39,261 bases of DNA from an uncultured Muribaculaceae bacterium (GCA_964407175.1 CAYOUK010000002.1:1-39261); one strand, 5' to 3'; numbered from the stretch's first letter, positions 7,947-16,730 are shown. The notes: generated by a model from the sequence alone, not told the origin. Translations and numbers: made by a program.

Positions 7947-8819
7947 TTAATTATTATCTTTGTTTTCTTCTGCTTTTTTAGTATCGTCTTTATTATCTGC
8001 ATCATCAGTGTTAGTATCTTCTAACTCACATTCTGCAGTTCCTGTTTCAGACTTAATACATTCATCTGGTATAGTAGCAGTTTGATCAAGTACTAATGTT
8101 TTTAAGTAATCACTACTTACTAGAGTCTCACCAGCTTTAGCAGTATAATTATTATTTCTTGGTACAATTACTATTTGAAGTCCAAGATATTCAGCTTTTT
8201 TAAGTAGTAAATATAAATCTTCTGGTACTGCGAATAGTAATCTTGCTGGTGTTCTATGTTCAACTGTAGTTTCAAATACGTTTCTACCACTTGAATCTTT
8301 AACACCAAGTACTTTTATACTTTGAATAAATTTACCATATAATAATTTTCCATCTGCAGCAGTTGTTCTAAGATATAAATCAATATAATCATCAGGGAAT
8401 ATTGAGTTACCATAAGTAGAATCTTGAGTAACAGGTAAGTTATAAATTGTTTCCCCATCTGGAATAGAATCAAATGCACTATCTGGCATATCTTCAGCAG
8501 TCATTACTGCTTCCTTGTAGAAAAGTGAGTTTTGAGGTATTTCAGCAGCATAGCTTGAATATTTACCTTTTACTTGACTACAATCTTGAATAACATTTCC
8601 TGTAATCTGAGTAGATAAAACTTTTGTTGTTGAAAGCATATCTTCAGTTATGGCAGTTCTTGCTGGAATAGTTTGTGATGCTACACAAACAGTTGTTGTT
8701 TGAACAGCACTTTTAAGTCTCCAAGAATAAACTGCATATACTAGTACAACACAAACTAAAATTGCTAGTAAAGTAACAGTATTCTTATTTGATAAAAATC
8801 TTTTTAATGTATTACCCAT
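7947..8819 (-). CDS. cpaB: CpaB/RcpC-like Flp pilus assembly protein (N-terminal TM anchor, SAF-like domain)
   Basis: A TM anchor (VTLLAILVCVVLVYAVY) is followed by VASQTIPARTAITEDMLSTTKV, a SAF-domain-like start. The gene lies immediately upstream of the ATPase. Strong SD AAAGGAGGAA. The C-terminal tail is acidic. Confidence 0.6.
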   Translation of the reverse strand: MGNTLKRFLSNKNTVTLLAILVCVVLVYAVYSWRLKSAVQTTTVCVASQTIPARTAITEDMLSTTKVLSTQITGNVIQDCSQVKGKYSSYAAEIPQNSLFYKEAVMTAEDMPDSAFDSIPDGETIYNLPVTQDSTYGNSIFPDDYIDLYLRTTAADGKLLYGKFIQSIKVLGVKDSSGRNVFETTVEHRTPARLLFAVPEDLYLLLKKAEYLGLQIVIVPRNNNYTAKAGETLVSSDYLKTLVLDQTATIPDECIKSETGTAECELEDTNTDDADNKDDTKKAEENKDNN

Positions 8820-8858
8820 TTTTATTCCTCCTTTACTTTCCTATGGGTTATGTTACCA

Positions 8859-9272
8859 CTAACTTCCATTGCTAAGCTCCAAAATAGCATTTATTCTATT
8901 CTTAAGTGCTACACTGGTAGTAGTTGTATCTCTTACAAAGAATTGGGATGACGTCGTTGATACTTCAACTGTCACCTTTGGTGGAACTTCATATATGTCA
9001 TAGAAGTTAATTGTTGTCGTTTTATTAATTGTAATAACTTCTGCATATCTTCTAATGAAGTTTTCCATAAATTTCTCACTGCTTATTCTAAGTTCACCAT
9101 ATTTTCTATAATAAGCATAATCAACAGCTTCTATCATTGAAGCTTCTGTTATTTGTTTTGTCATGTAATAGTTTTGTTCGCTGGTTGTTGTCATGTCAGT
9201 TACTAGTAAAATGACTGATAACACAATCAAGCCTAGAACCATCATCCACCAGCCCCACACAGCTTCATTCAT
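8859..9272 (-). CDS. Small membrane-anchored protein of unknown function (Tad-operon member)
   Basis: One N-terminal TM helix (WWMMVLGLIVLSVILLV) plus a ~105-aa T-rich ectodomain. SD GGGGTGA is upstream. I recognise no family. Confidence 0.5.
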   Translation of the reverse strand: MNEAVWGWWMMVLGLIVLSVILLVTDMTTTSEQNYYMTKQITEASMIEAVDYAYYRKYGELRISSEKFMENFIRRYAEVITINKTTTINFYDIYEVPPKVTVEVSTTSSQFFVRDTTTTSVALKNRINAILELSNGS

Positions 9273-9330
9273 GAGATGATCACCCCGATATCAATAGGAG
9301 ATCTAATTTTCGAATAATATAAATAGTATT

Positions 9331-10035
9331 TCATAATTCTTTGTCATATCTCCTTCTAAGCATTTCCTGTAGAACCACGTAAGCTAAGGCTATAAGTGCA
9401 GTTCCAACAGCTACTATAATTATTATCTTTTTATGATCTTTTATTTGTTCTAATAAAGCTTTGTTTTTTGGATCTGTATCTGGTGGTGCGACTTTATTTA
9501 AAAATGCTGCATTAGAGCCAAAATCAAAGTCTTCCTTTACAAACTTCTTACAAAAGTCTTCACTGCTGGTCTTGCAGTATTCATATTCACTATATGGATT
9601 ATATTTAGGTGTAGTTATTTTTTTTGTTCCAACAAGGTCACCTTTACACATTACTCTATTTGAATAAATACTTAACTTATAGTTATAAATGTTGCTGTAG
9701 TCATAATGTTCATATGTATAAACACCATTTTTAGTATCTTCATAAGAAACATTGACTTGAACGTTATCTACATCATTTGATAATACAACATATATATCAT
9801 CTTTAATATTATAAATATTTATTTTATAAATGTAGTTTGGAATAGTATATGTTGTTTTATTGTTACCAACCTTTAATGGGACGATTTTGCTATTATCCTC
9901 AACGTCGTAGCTAATTTGAACTTGGTTTGCGGCTTTTTTAATTTCTAGGTTCTCTGTAGAACTACAAGATAAAGCACTTACATCAAGTGCTGAAAAAGTA
10001 ATAAGCAAGAAAAACAACATAATTACTTTCTTCAT
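9331..10035 (-). CDS. Type-I membrane protein of unknown function (signal peptide, 4-Cys ectodomain, C-terminal TM plus basic tail); paralog of the 176-aa protein
   Basis: Signal peptide MKKVIMLFFLLITFSALDVSA, a Y/N-rich beta-like ectodomain, then a TM (IIIIVAVGTALIALAYVVL) followed by RRRYDKEL. It is the first gene of the Tad-like operon. Confidence 0.55.
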   Translation of the reverse strand: MKKVIMLFFLLITFSALDVSALSCSSTENLEIKKAANQVQISYDVEDNSKIVPLKVGNNKTTYTIPNYIYKINIYNIKDDIYVVLSNDVDNVQVNVSYEDTKNGVYTYEHYDYSNIYNYKLSIYSNRVMCKGDLVGTKKITTPKYNPYSEYEYCKTSSEDFCKKFVKEDFDFGSNAAFLNKVAPPDTDPKNKALLEQIKDHKKIIIIVAVGTALIALAYVVLQEMLRRRYDKEL

Positions 10036-10060
10036 ATTATCCCTACTTTACATATATAAT

Positions 10061-10069
10061 ATTATATCA
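10061..10069 (-). promoter_or_regulatory. Candidate extended -10 element (TGATATAAT) for the Tad-like operon
   Basis: The minus strand reads TGATATAAT about 25-30 nt upstream of the 234-aa gene start, just downstream of the terminator of the giant gene. No good -35 is present. Confidence 0.3.
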
Positions 10070-10107
10070 TAGATGTATATCAAATAAAAGCAAAAAAGTG
10101 TATTTTT

Positions 10108-10145
10108 TTATAAAAAAACCTAATTGTTTTTTTACAATTAGGTTT
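10108..10145 (-). terminator. Factor-independent terminator after the giant gene
   Basis: 11-bp perfect stem AAACCTAATTG (10116-10126) / CAATTAGGTTT (10135-10145) with an 8-nt loop, followed on the minus strand by TTTTTATAAAAAAA. The stop codon lies inside the stem. Confidence 0.7.
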
Positions 10146-13100
10146 ATTCATATACACTAAGTTTTCCAAGTACATCTCTAACCATTTGACTAACGACTCC
10201 ACTTACTACATCATCTGTTAAATTATTGCCATTTTGATTAAGTTCAATACCAACAGAAGACAGTAATCGTTTTAGAACGGTAGAAGCTTCAGATGTAAAC
10301 ATTCCTTGGTCTGCGCCCGATAATACATCTCTAAATGTCGATGCATATGTCCATATAAGTGATCCAAATTCCTCAAGTGTTGGAACATGATCCATAGACA
10401 CATATATTCTAGTTGGATCTTCACTTTTAATAAGTTTTTCTCCGTTTGTAACATTTTTATAAGCTTCATAATCTAGTTTATTCTGCTTAGTTATAAGTTT
10501 TTGAATATTAGCCTTTAAATCCCATTCTTCAGATTGATTCGAATCTGATTTGTAACTAGAGAATACGTCTTTGATATCTTGTTTTACTTCAGGGGTGTAT
10601 TTAATTGTCTGAACTGGAGATACAATATCATTACAATAATCATTTCCACCATAGTATATACACCATAAGAATGGACTATACCAGTGATATCCAATGTTAT
10701 TATCCTGGTTATTATATCTTCTATATACATAATCAGGTACAGTAGTAGATGCGCTTGATGATGTATCTTTAAAATCAACTATCCATTTAGTAGAACCATC
10801 AGCATTATCAAATCTTCTTACATTTCCGTCGCTATCTTCTTCCGAAAGCCCATTATAATCAACAATTCCAAGAGACCAATCGGCATATCCTCTTCTTTGG
10901 TTTCCGCCAACTGCAGAATTATTGTTAAGAGTTCCGCTGTTATCAGTAATTATAGACATTTTCACTCTATTATAACGACGTATTAGTCTCATTGTAGGAG
11001 TGGATAACCTAAATGTGAATTTATCCTTACCTGTTAAAACTTGATAATCATTATCTGCTTGTTTAAATAAGTTGTCTTCAGAATCATCTCCTGTACCAGC
11101 TAACCTAGATGCTTTATATGCCTCTATTCTTTGAACAAGACCATTATAAGGACCTTTTGTTGATGCTAGATTACTATAGTTCCAGTTTGCTCCAAGCGCT
11201 CTTTTTTGAGGATTAATATCGCTTAAGGCAATAGTTCTATAGAAGAAGTTAGCGTTTCCTAAATCTTCATCTACTTTATATGAACATACATATTGTTCTG
11301 TTCCACCCGAACCAATATATCCATCACTAGTTAAAGTTTTGGCTTCGTGCGGACTAGATATATTTGCTTTATCTGCAAGACCTTGATTCTTAATATAGTT
11401 TTGAAGTGAATAATCATCTACAGTATTATCATGTGATACTTCTGAAACCATTTCAGAATCTATTCCGCCCACTTGAGATGATGCTTTTGACCATTCATCC
11501 CATGTACTTTGTGGAACTTTACTTGGTTTTTCTGTGTCTAATGTTGGCATCTTTCTTGTTGGTCCCATATTTATATCGACACTTATTCTAAAATTCTTAG
11601 TTCCACTTGTTGTATCAAATCCAATTGGAATCGAGTTATTCGGAAGTACAACATATTCAGAGTTTTTAGCAAGTACACTATCATCAAACTTATCCATATA
11701 TGTTATGGCAGTACCACCCTTAACTATTATTTGAGGAATAGATGCATAAAGAACTATATTTTCACTCTTATAATAATAGTCTTTAACTGTCCAGAATCCA
11801 TTTAAGAAGTCATACCAGAACTTTTCTAAGTTTACTCCAAGAGATGTAATGACATTTTGATCAGCATAGTCTTCCGCTGCTGGGATAGCCGCACATTTTG
11901 CCCACATTCTTTCATAAAATGAATCTCCTGTTTCATTCTGCAAGTCAGCAGCGGTTGTATCTGAACAAGCATATACTGGAGAAGACCTTGAGTCATCAGC
12001 ACTAGTTAGTTCATTACCACTTTCATCTGCACAGAAGATACCAAGGTCAGCAAGACTAAGTTCTCCATTTTCACCAGCTTGAACCTCAATAAACTGTTTA
12101 TGTAAATTAGGACACTTAATAGCTCTTAAATCAAGATCTATATATCCTTGATTATCTTTTATAGCAGTATCATAATCATCATAATATAATCTTGCTTTAA
12201 CTATTGGTGTGTTGCTAGAGTTATTACCCTTAATATACTCAGTAATACTATTGGCAATCTGAGCTCTCTCAGTTGGATCAGTTGTTTGATTATGATCTAA
12301 ATCAATACCAAATAAATTACTATATTGTAGATAATTTTTAAAGAACTGATGTTGAACGTTGAAATTAACTTGATTGACAAGAATATCTGTAGGGTTAAAA
12401 GTACGTGTACTAAGCGCCTTGGTAGATACACATGTTTTCTTGAGTTCTATTTTAGCAATAGGTGCTCTTGTATCAATTGTTTTATTATTAAATTCTCTAT
12501 TATAAGTAAAGTATGAGTTATTATTACCAATCGTTACAAACTGACCTTTTTGACCACTATCCTGAATACCAGGATAAGTTATTTTATATGCATCAGCACA
12601 TACTATATCCATACCGCGATATCTAAGTGATTTCATAGAATCAGGAAGTATACTATATCCAACTCCAGTGGCTTTTCCTCTTGATAACTGTGAATACCAG
12701 CTGTCATAATCTCTAATAACATTTCCAGAGCTATCTTTTTCTATTCTATTTGGAGATGCTTCGATGTATTTACCAGATGATACTTCTTGGTAATCATCTA
12801 CAGTACAAGCATAATCCATATCTATATGATATGCTTTACATTTAACAACAGGTGTAGTTGTTGTTTGCATAAATGTGGTTAGTTCAGCAGATAATGCCCC
12901 GGTAATACCTGAGTGAGCAAAAGTGTCTCTATTATAGTATGGGTTATCACTTAATTCTATTCTTTGATAATGGATTTTGCTATCTGTTGCTCCCCATCTA
13001 AAACCATTGTAACCAGCATATTCATAATGATAATTACCATTGGCGTCATAACAACACTCTGTTTCTTCGTTACATCCACATGTTTTTACTTGTAATATTG

Positions 13101-15252
13101 CAGATAAGTCAGCAGCATAAATATGCTTAGTCATAGCTGATATTACCGGCGGCCATCCCCAAGTATCACTTATACTGAACTGTGTTGCAGTTCCTTTCAT
13201 TTGTCGAGCCTGGCTTTCAGGGACTGCTTTAGCGCCACTTAACAATAGTGCTTCTATGCCATCTAAACCTAGGACTTTATCTACACCCTCTGAAACACTT
13301 TTAGATGAAATTAGGGTGAAGAAGGTATCTACTCCATTTTGGAGAAGGTCTGTGGTCATGTCCCCAAATAATCCAGCAGTCTTGACAGATTCTAATAGTT
13401 TATAAGTTTCTATTTGTTCTATTTCTTTAGAATCTAATGGCACTAAATTACCATCTACTATTTTTTTAGATTCTTTCAACATATTTGCTGTTCCATTGTA
13501 ATTTAGACCAGTCGAGTCATAACAACACTCTATTTCTGGATCACAACCACAGCTTTTCATTATTACTTTGTTTTGGTCTGCTACAGGAAGTTTATCGGCT
13601 TTTAACAAATCAATATTTTGATAATTAGTTCTACCATTAGAGTCAGTATATGGTATAACAGCGCGATATCTGTCTAATACGTTTGGAACCTGTATTTGTA
13701 TTGTATTTCTGCGTCCTTCCTCGTCTCCTGAAAGATATACTGTTTCAGCAAAAAGTGTTGGTTTATCTTTAACGTATTCATACCTTAGGGATGCCGCATT
13801 AACGTTACCAAGGATATTACTTATACTGCTGTCGGCGATTTCATTAACTTTGTCATGTATATTACCAATGATATTTAAACTATCAAAAAGACTAATAATT
13901 TGACTTCTACCAATGATGTCGTTTAATTTATTACTAGCATCTTGAAGTGCATTATAAGCACCAAATAAACCTTGGTTAGTTTTTTTATAACAACATTCTT
14001 CTAATGGATTACATGTAATTTCACACTTTGTTAGAATTCCTCCACTTGTGTCACTTCCATGTTCTTTTCCATCCCAATATCCAGTTTTAGTATATGTATA
14101 ATGATCAGGTGTATCTTTACGAATAGTTGAATCATAATGAACCACTACATTACCATTTTCATCTACGTTAGTTTGACTACCACCTGATAACATATCCATA
14201 ATCCTCGAGAATATTCCAGAAAGAAAACCTCCCGTATTACTGTTACTTGTTGCACCGGAGAATGAAGCTCCATCTGCATAACAACAAGTCTTATTTTCAT
14301 CACATGGTTCTACGGTTGGTCCCTCACAAGTATATGCCATTACATATATTACAGGCGAATAGTAAAAGTATGTACAATCAGCAAAAGGTGATGTTATTTG
14401 ATTACACACTGAAATTTCTGTACCAGGAGGTACTGTTGGTAAAAATGAAGAATAATAAGCTTCAGTAGAAGCCTTTTTTCTTTCGACAAGAAATTTTTTC
14501 GCATTGCCATTTCCATAAAAAGGAATACTAAAGTCGCTAGAAGTATAATTTTTTGATAAAGATTTTCCAGAATAACCGCCAGAATATGTAGGTTTTTCAA
14601 AATATAAATCTACTTTTGTCTTAGGCAATAAAGTTGACTTTTCATTAACAGGATAAATTGTTCCTGTTATTGCCCTAGACGCAGTAAAGTCCCAAGCATT
14701 AGTAATATCTTCGTCGCTGTGTGAATTAACACCCGCATTGCTACCTGGAATAATTAATCTAATTTCTGATGTGTTATCTCCACTACCAATTACTTTATAT
14801 ATATAATTGTTTTCATTAGGTGTCCATCCGTTCTCTGATTTTTTGTTAGAATATAAATCTGTTATTTTCTTTAATTGATTCCAGTATTCATCAACGCTCC
14901 AATTATTTTTAAGATCTAACCCTGAAATTGAACCTGAGCAGGTACTGGCATTTTCTACTGTTTGATTTCTTCCATAATTTCCTCCAATAAATGTTAGATG
15001 ATGAGTTGTATTAAAACCTATTGTGCCAGAACAACCAACTCTATAGATATGCTCATCAAATTGAAAGAAATCGTATGGTTCAGAAAGATTCTCGTGAGCG
15101 TCAAAGGAATATTCCCCAGCTCTAAAGAAATAAATATTGTAATAAGTTCTTCCCTGGACACATGAAAAATTATCGGTGTTGTCCATTTCGGCATATACAT
15201 CGATAACAAAACACACTAAAAGAATAAGTAGAATGTTTAATACTTTTTTCAT
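10144..15252 (-). CDS. 1702-aa secreted giant protein of unknown function with four C-x-C-x5-CCY cysteine clusters
   Basis: Uninterrupted 5.1-kb ORF with Sec signal peptide MKKVLNILLILLVCFVIDVYA/EMD. It has no C-terminal TM and no LPXTG. The start overlaps the stop of the upstream gene (ATGA), with SD AAAGGGG upstream. Confidence 0.8.
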   Translation of the reverse strand: MKKVLNILLILLVCFVIDVYAEMDNTDNFSCVQGRTYYNIYFFRAGEYSFDAHENLSEPYDFFQFDEHIYRVGCSGTIGFNTTHHLTFIGGNYGRNQTVENASTCSGSISGLDLKNNWSVDEYWNQLKKITDLYSNKKSENGWTPNENNYIYKVIGSGDNTSEIRLIIPGSNAGVNSHSDEDITNAWDFTASRAITGTIYPVNEKSTLLPKTKVDLYFEKPTYSGGYSGKSLSKNYTSSDFSIPFYGNGNAKKFLVERKKASTEAYYSSFLPTVPPGTEISVCNQITSPFADCTYFYYSPVIYVMAYTCEGPTVEPCDENKTCCYADGASFSGATSNSNTGGFLSGIFSRIMDMLSGGSQTNVDENGNVVVHYDSTIRKDTPDHYTYTKTGYWDGKEHGSDTSGGILTKCEITCNPLEECCYKKTNQGLFGAYNALQDASNKLNDIIGRSQIISLFDSLNIIGNIHDKVNEIADSSISNILGNVNAASLRYEYVKDKPTLFAETVYLSGDEEGRRNTIQIQVPNVLDRYRAVIPYTDSNGRTNYQNIDLLKADKLPVADQNKVIMKSCGCDPEIECCYDSTGLNYNGTANMLKESKKIVDGNLVPLDSKEIEQIETYKLLESVKTAGLFGDMTTDLLQNGVDTFFTLISSKSVSEGVDKVLGLDGIEALLLSGAKAVPESQARQMKGTATQFSISDTWGWPPVISAMTKHIYAADLSAILQVKTCGCNEETECCYDANGNYHYEYAGYNGFRWGATDSKIHYQRIELSDNPYYNRDTFAHSGITGALSAELTTFMQTTTTPVVKCKAYHIDMDYACTVDDYQEVSSGKYIEASPNRIEKDSSGNVIRDYDSWYSQLSRGKATGVGYSILPDSMKSLRYRGMDIVCADAYKITYPGIQDSGQKGQFVTIGNNNSYFTYNREFNNKTIDTRAPIAKIELKKTCVSTKALSTRTFNPTDILVNQVNFNVQHQFFKNYLQYSNLFGIDLDHNQTTDPTERAQIANSITEYIKGNNSSNTPIVKARLYYDDYDTAIKDNQGYIDLDLRAIKCPNLHKQFIEVQAGENGELSLADLGIFCADESGNELTSADDSRSSPVYACSDTTAADLQNETGDSFYERMWAKCAAIPAAEDYADQNVITSLGVNLEKFWYDFLNGFWTVKDYYYKSENIVLYASIPQIIVKGGTAITYMDKFDDSVLAKNSEYVVLPNNSIPIGFDTTSGTKNFRISVDINMGPTRKMPTLDTEKPSKVPQSTWDEWSKASSQVGGIDSEMVSEVSHDNTVDDYSLQNYIKNQGLADKANISSPHEAKTLTSDGYIGSGGTEQYVCSYKVDEDLGNANFFYRTIALSDINPQKRALGANWNYSNLASTKGPYNGLVQRIEAYKASRLAGTGDDSEDNLFKQADNDYQVLTGKDKFTFRLSTPTMRLIRRYNRVKMSIITDNSGTLNNNSAVGGNQRRGYADWSLGIVDYNGLSEEDSDGNVRRFDNADGSTKWIVDFKDTSSSASTTVPDYVYRRYNNQDNNIGYHWYSPFLWCIYYGGNDYCNDIVSPVQTIKYTPEVKQDIKDVFSSYKSDSNQSEEWDLKANIQKLITKQNKLDYEAYKNVTNGEKLIKSEDPTRIYVSMDHVPTLEEFGSLIWTYASTFRDVLSGADQGMFTSEASTVLKRLLSSVGIELNQNGNNLTDDVVSGVVSQMVRDVLGKLSVYE

Positions 15253-15779
15253 TTGTTCTTACCCCTTTTTAATACAAATATAGCTAAAACAAATAATCCA
15301 ATTGTTGCAACTATTAGTCCAATAGTAATTAAAATCTTTTTAGTAGATAGACCATTTGAAACAACAGATCCATCATCGAATACTTTTGTTGCGCCTTTAT
15401 TATAATATGGTAAAAATATTTCTTCAGTTTTAATAGGTTTATTAGTACATCCTTTAAAATAGAAATATATATTGTTTACTCCACCAAATACTTTAGCAGA
15501 TCCATTAGATATAATTTGCGAATTATCTCCTGAATCCATAACTAGTGCCATAAAATTATCATTTAATCCTTCAACAGATATATTTATATATTTAACGGGT
15601 ACTCCATTTTTATCTTTATTAGCAACATTATCGTATTTTATTACATAATTATAATCAATTTCATTTAAAGCTTTTCTATATTCTCTTAAGTTTCCATCAG
15701 CGCATAAGTTTGCAGCGCTAACTAAACTAGGTATAAGTAAAAAAGACATAATTATTACATATGTTAATATTCTTTTCAT
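15249..15779 (-). CDS. Type-I membrane protein of unknown function (signal peptide, ectodomain, C-terminal TM plus KRGKNK tail); paralog of the 234-aa protein
   Basis: Signal peptide ...LLIPSLVSA/AN and C-terminal TM ILITIGLIVATIGLFVLAIFVL. SD AAGGTAGGTG is upstream. It is translationally coupled to the giant gene. Confidence 0.6.
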   Translation of the reverse strand: MKRILTYVIIMSFLLIPSLVSAANLCADGNLREYRKALNEIDYNYVIKYDNVANKDKNGVPVKYINISVEGLNDNFMALVMDSGDNSQIISNGSAKVFGGVNNIYFYFKGCTNKPIKTEEIFLPYYNKGATKVFDDGSVVSNGLSTKKILITIGLIVATIGLFVLAIFVLKRGKNK

Positions 15780-15804
15780 ATTTACACCTACCTTACACTA
15801 AATA

Positions 15805-15813
15805 AGTATAACA
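15805..15813 (-). promoter_or_regulatory. Candidate extended -10 element (TGTTATACT) for the 176-aa/1702-aa unit
   Basis: The minus strand reads TGTTATACT about 25 nt upstream of the ATG at 15779, downstream of the SBP-gene terminator. The -35 is poor. Confidence 0.3.
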
Positions 15814-15834
15814 TACAAATATACATTTTGAAAG

Positions 15835-15868
15835 CGAAAAAATAACAAAACTGTTAAGTTTTGTTATT
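15835..15868 (-). terminator. Factor-independent terminator after the SBP lipoprotein gene
   Basis: 11-bp perfect stem AATAACAAAAC (15841-15851) / GTTTTGTTATT (15858-15868) with a 6-nt loop, followed on the minus strand by TTTTCGCTTT. The stop codon is in the stem. Confidence 0.65.
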
Positions 15869-16730
15869 CCATTAATTCTTTTTTGAAGTTATCAATATTG
15901 TCTCTCATCATAGTTTCATATGTTGTATGTTCGTTTTCTTCGCTTTCAGATAAAACAGTCATCGAATGTATTTTATTTATCTCTGCTCCAAGATTTTTTA
16001 ATTCTTCTGTTGCAGCAGTTTCTTTTGTTGTATCAAGCATATATATATATTTTACTTTTCCGCTTGCTATTAATCTTCTTGCTTCTTCCATTGACTTAGA
16101 AGATACTTCATAATATGTACTATCAACATCAGTGACTGTTAAACCATATTCACTTAAGAAAAGTAATTCTTCACTTGCTATTATTATATTTTTATCTTCA
16201 GCATTAATAGACATCATTTCCATCTCTGCATCATAACTACTTATCAATAGTTTTAAATCATTATAATTTTTGTTAATCTCTTGTTTTACAACAGTGCTTT
16301 TAATATAATTTTCAAGCCCTGTTTTTAAGTTATTAGCAAGCATTAGAAAGTCACTTGGATTAAGCCATAATTCACAAATGCCTCTTTCATATTCCATGCC
16401 TTCACTAACATCTATTATTTTCATATTATTATTTCTGTTTATTAAATCTCTTGCAATAAGTGTTTCATCTCCAAGGCCATTATATACAAATAGTCCTCCC
16501 TCAGCATAACTTTCTTTTTGTTTGTTAGTTAAACTATATTTAGATAAATCCACTCCTGCTGGATAAATACTTTTTACATTAGAGTTATATCCATATAATT
16601 TCTCTGTTATATATGTAATTGGGTAAACAGTTGTATATACATCTATATCTTCAAGATCATCTCTTTTAAAACAACCCGATAGTAATAATAAAGTTATTAA
16701 AATCACACATAATTTTTTTAGTTTGTTCAT
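15864..16730 (-). CDS. ZnuA/TroA-like (cluster A-I) solute-binding lipoprotein, orphan
   Basis: Lipobox LLLSGC. VYTTVYPITYITEKLYG, ELWLNP and LFLSEYGL resemble the conserved blocks of Zn/Mn ABC substrate-binding proteins. I moved the start to ATG 16730 because SD AAGGTGA lies 5 nt upstream. No ABC ATPase or permease gene is adjacent. Confidence 0.6.
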   Translation of the reverse strand: MNKLKKLCVILITLLLLSGCFKRDDLEDIDVYTTVYPITYITEKLYGYNSNVKSIYPAGVDLSKYSLTNKQKESYAEGGLFVYNGLGDETLIARDLINRNNNMKIIDVSEGMEYERGICELWLNPSDFLMLANNLKTGLENYIKSTVVKQEINKNYNDLKLLISSYDAEMEMMSINAEDKNIIIASEELLFLSEYGLTVTDVDSTYYEVSSKSMEEARRLIASGKVKYIYMLDTTKETAATEELKNLGAEINKIHSMTVLSESEENEHTTYETMMRDNIDNFKKELME

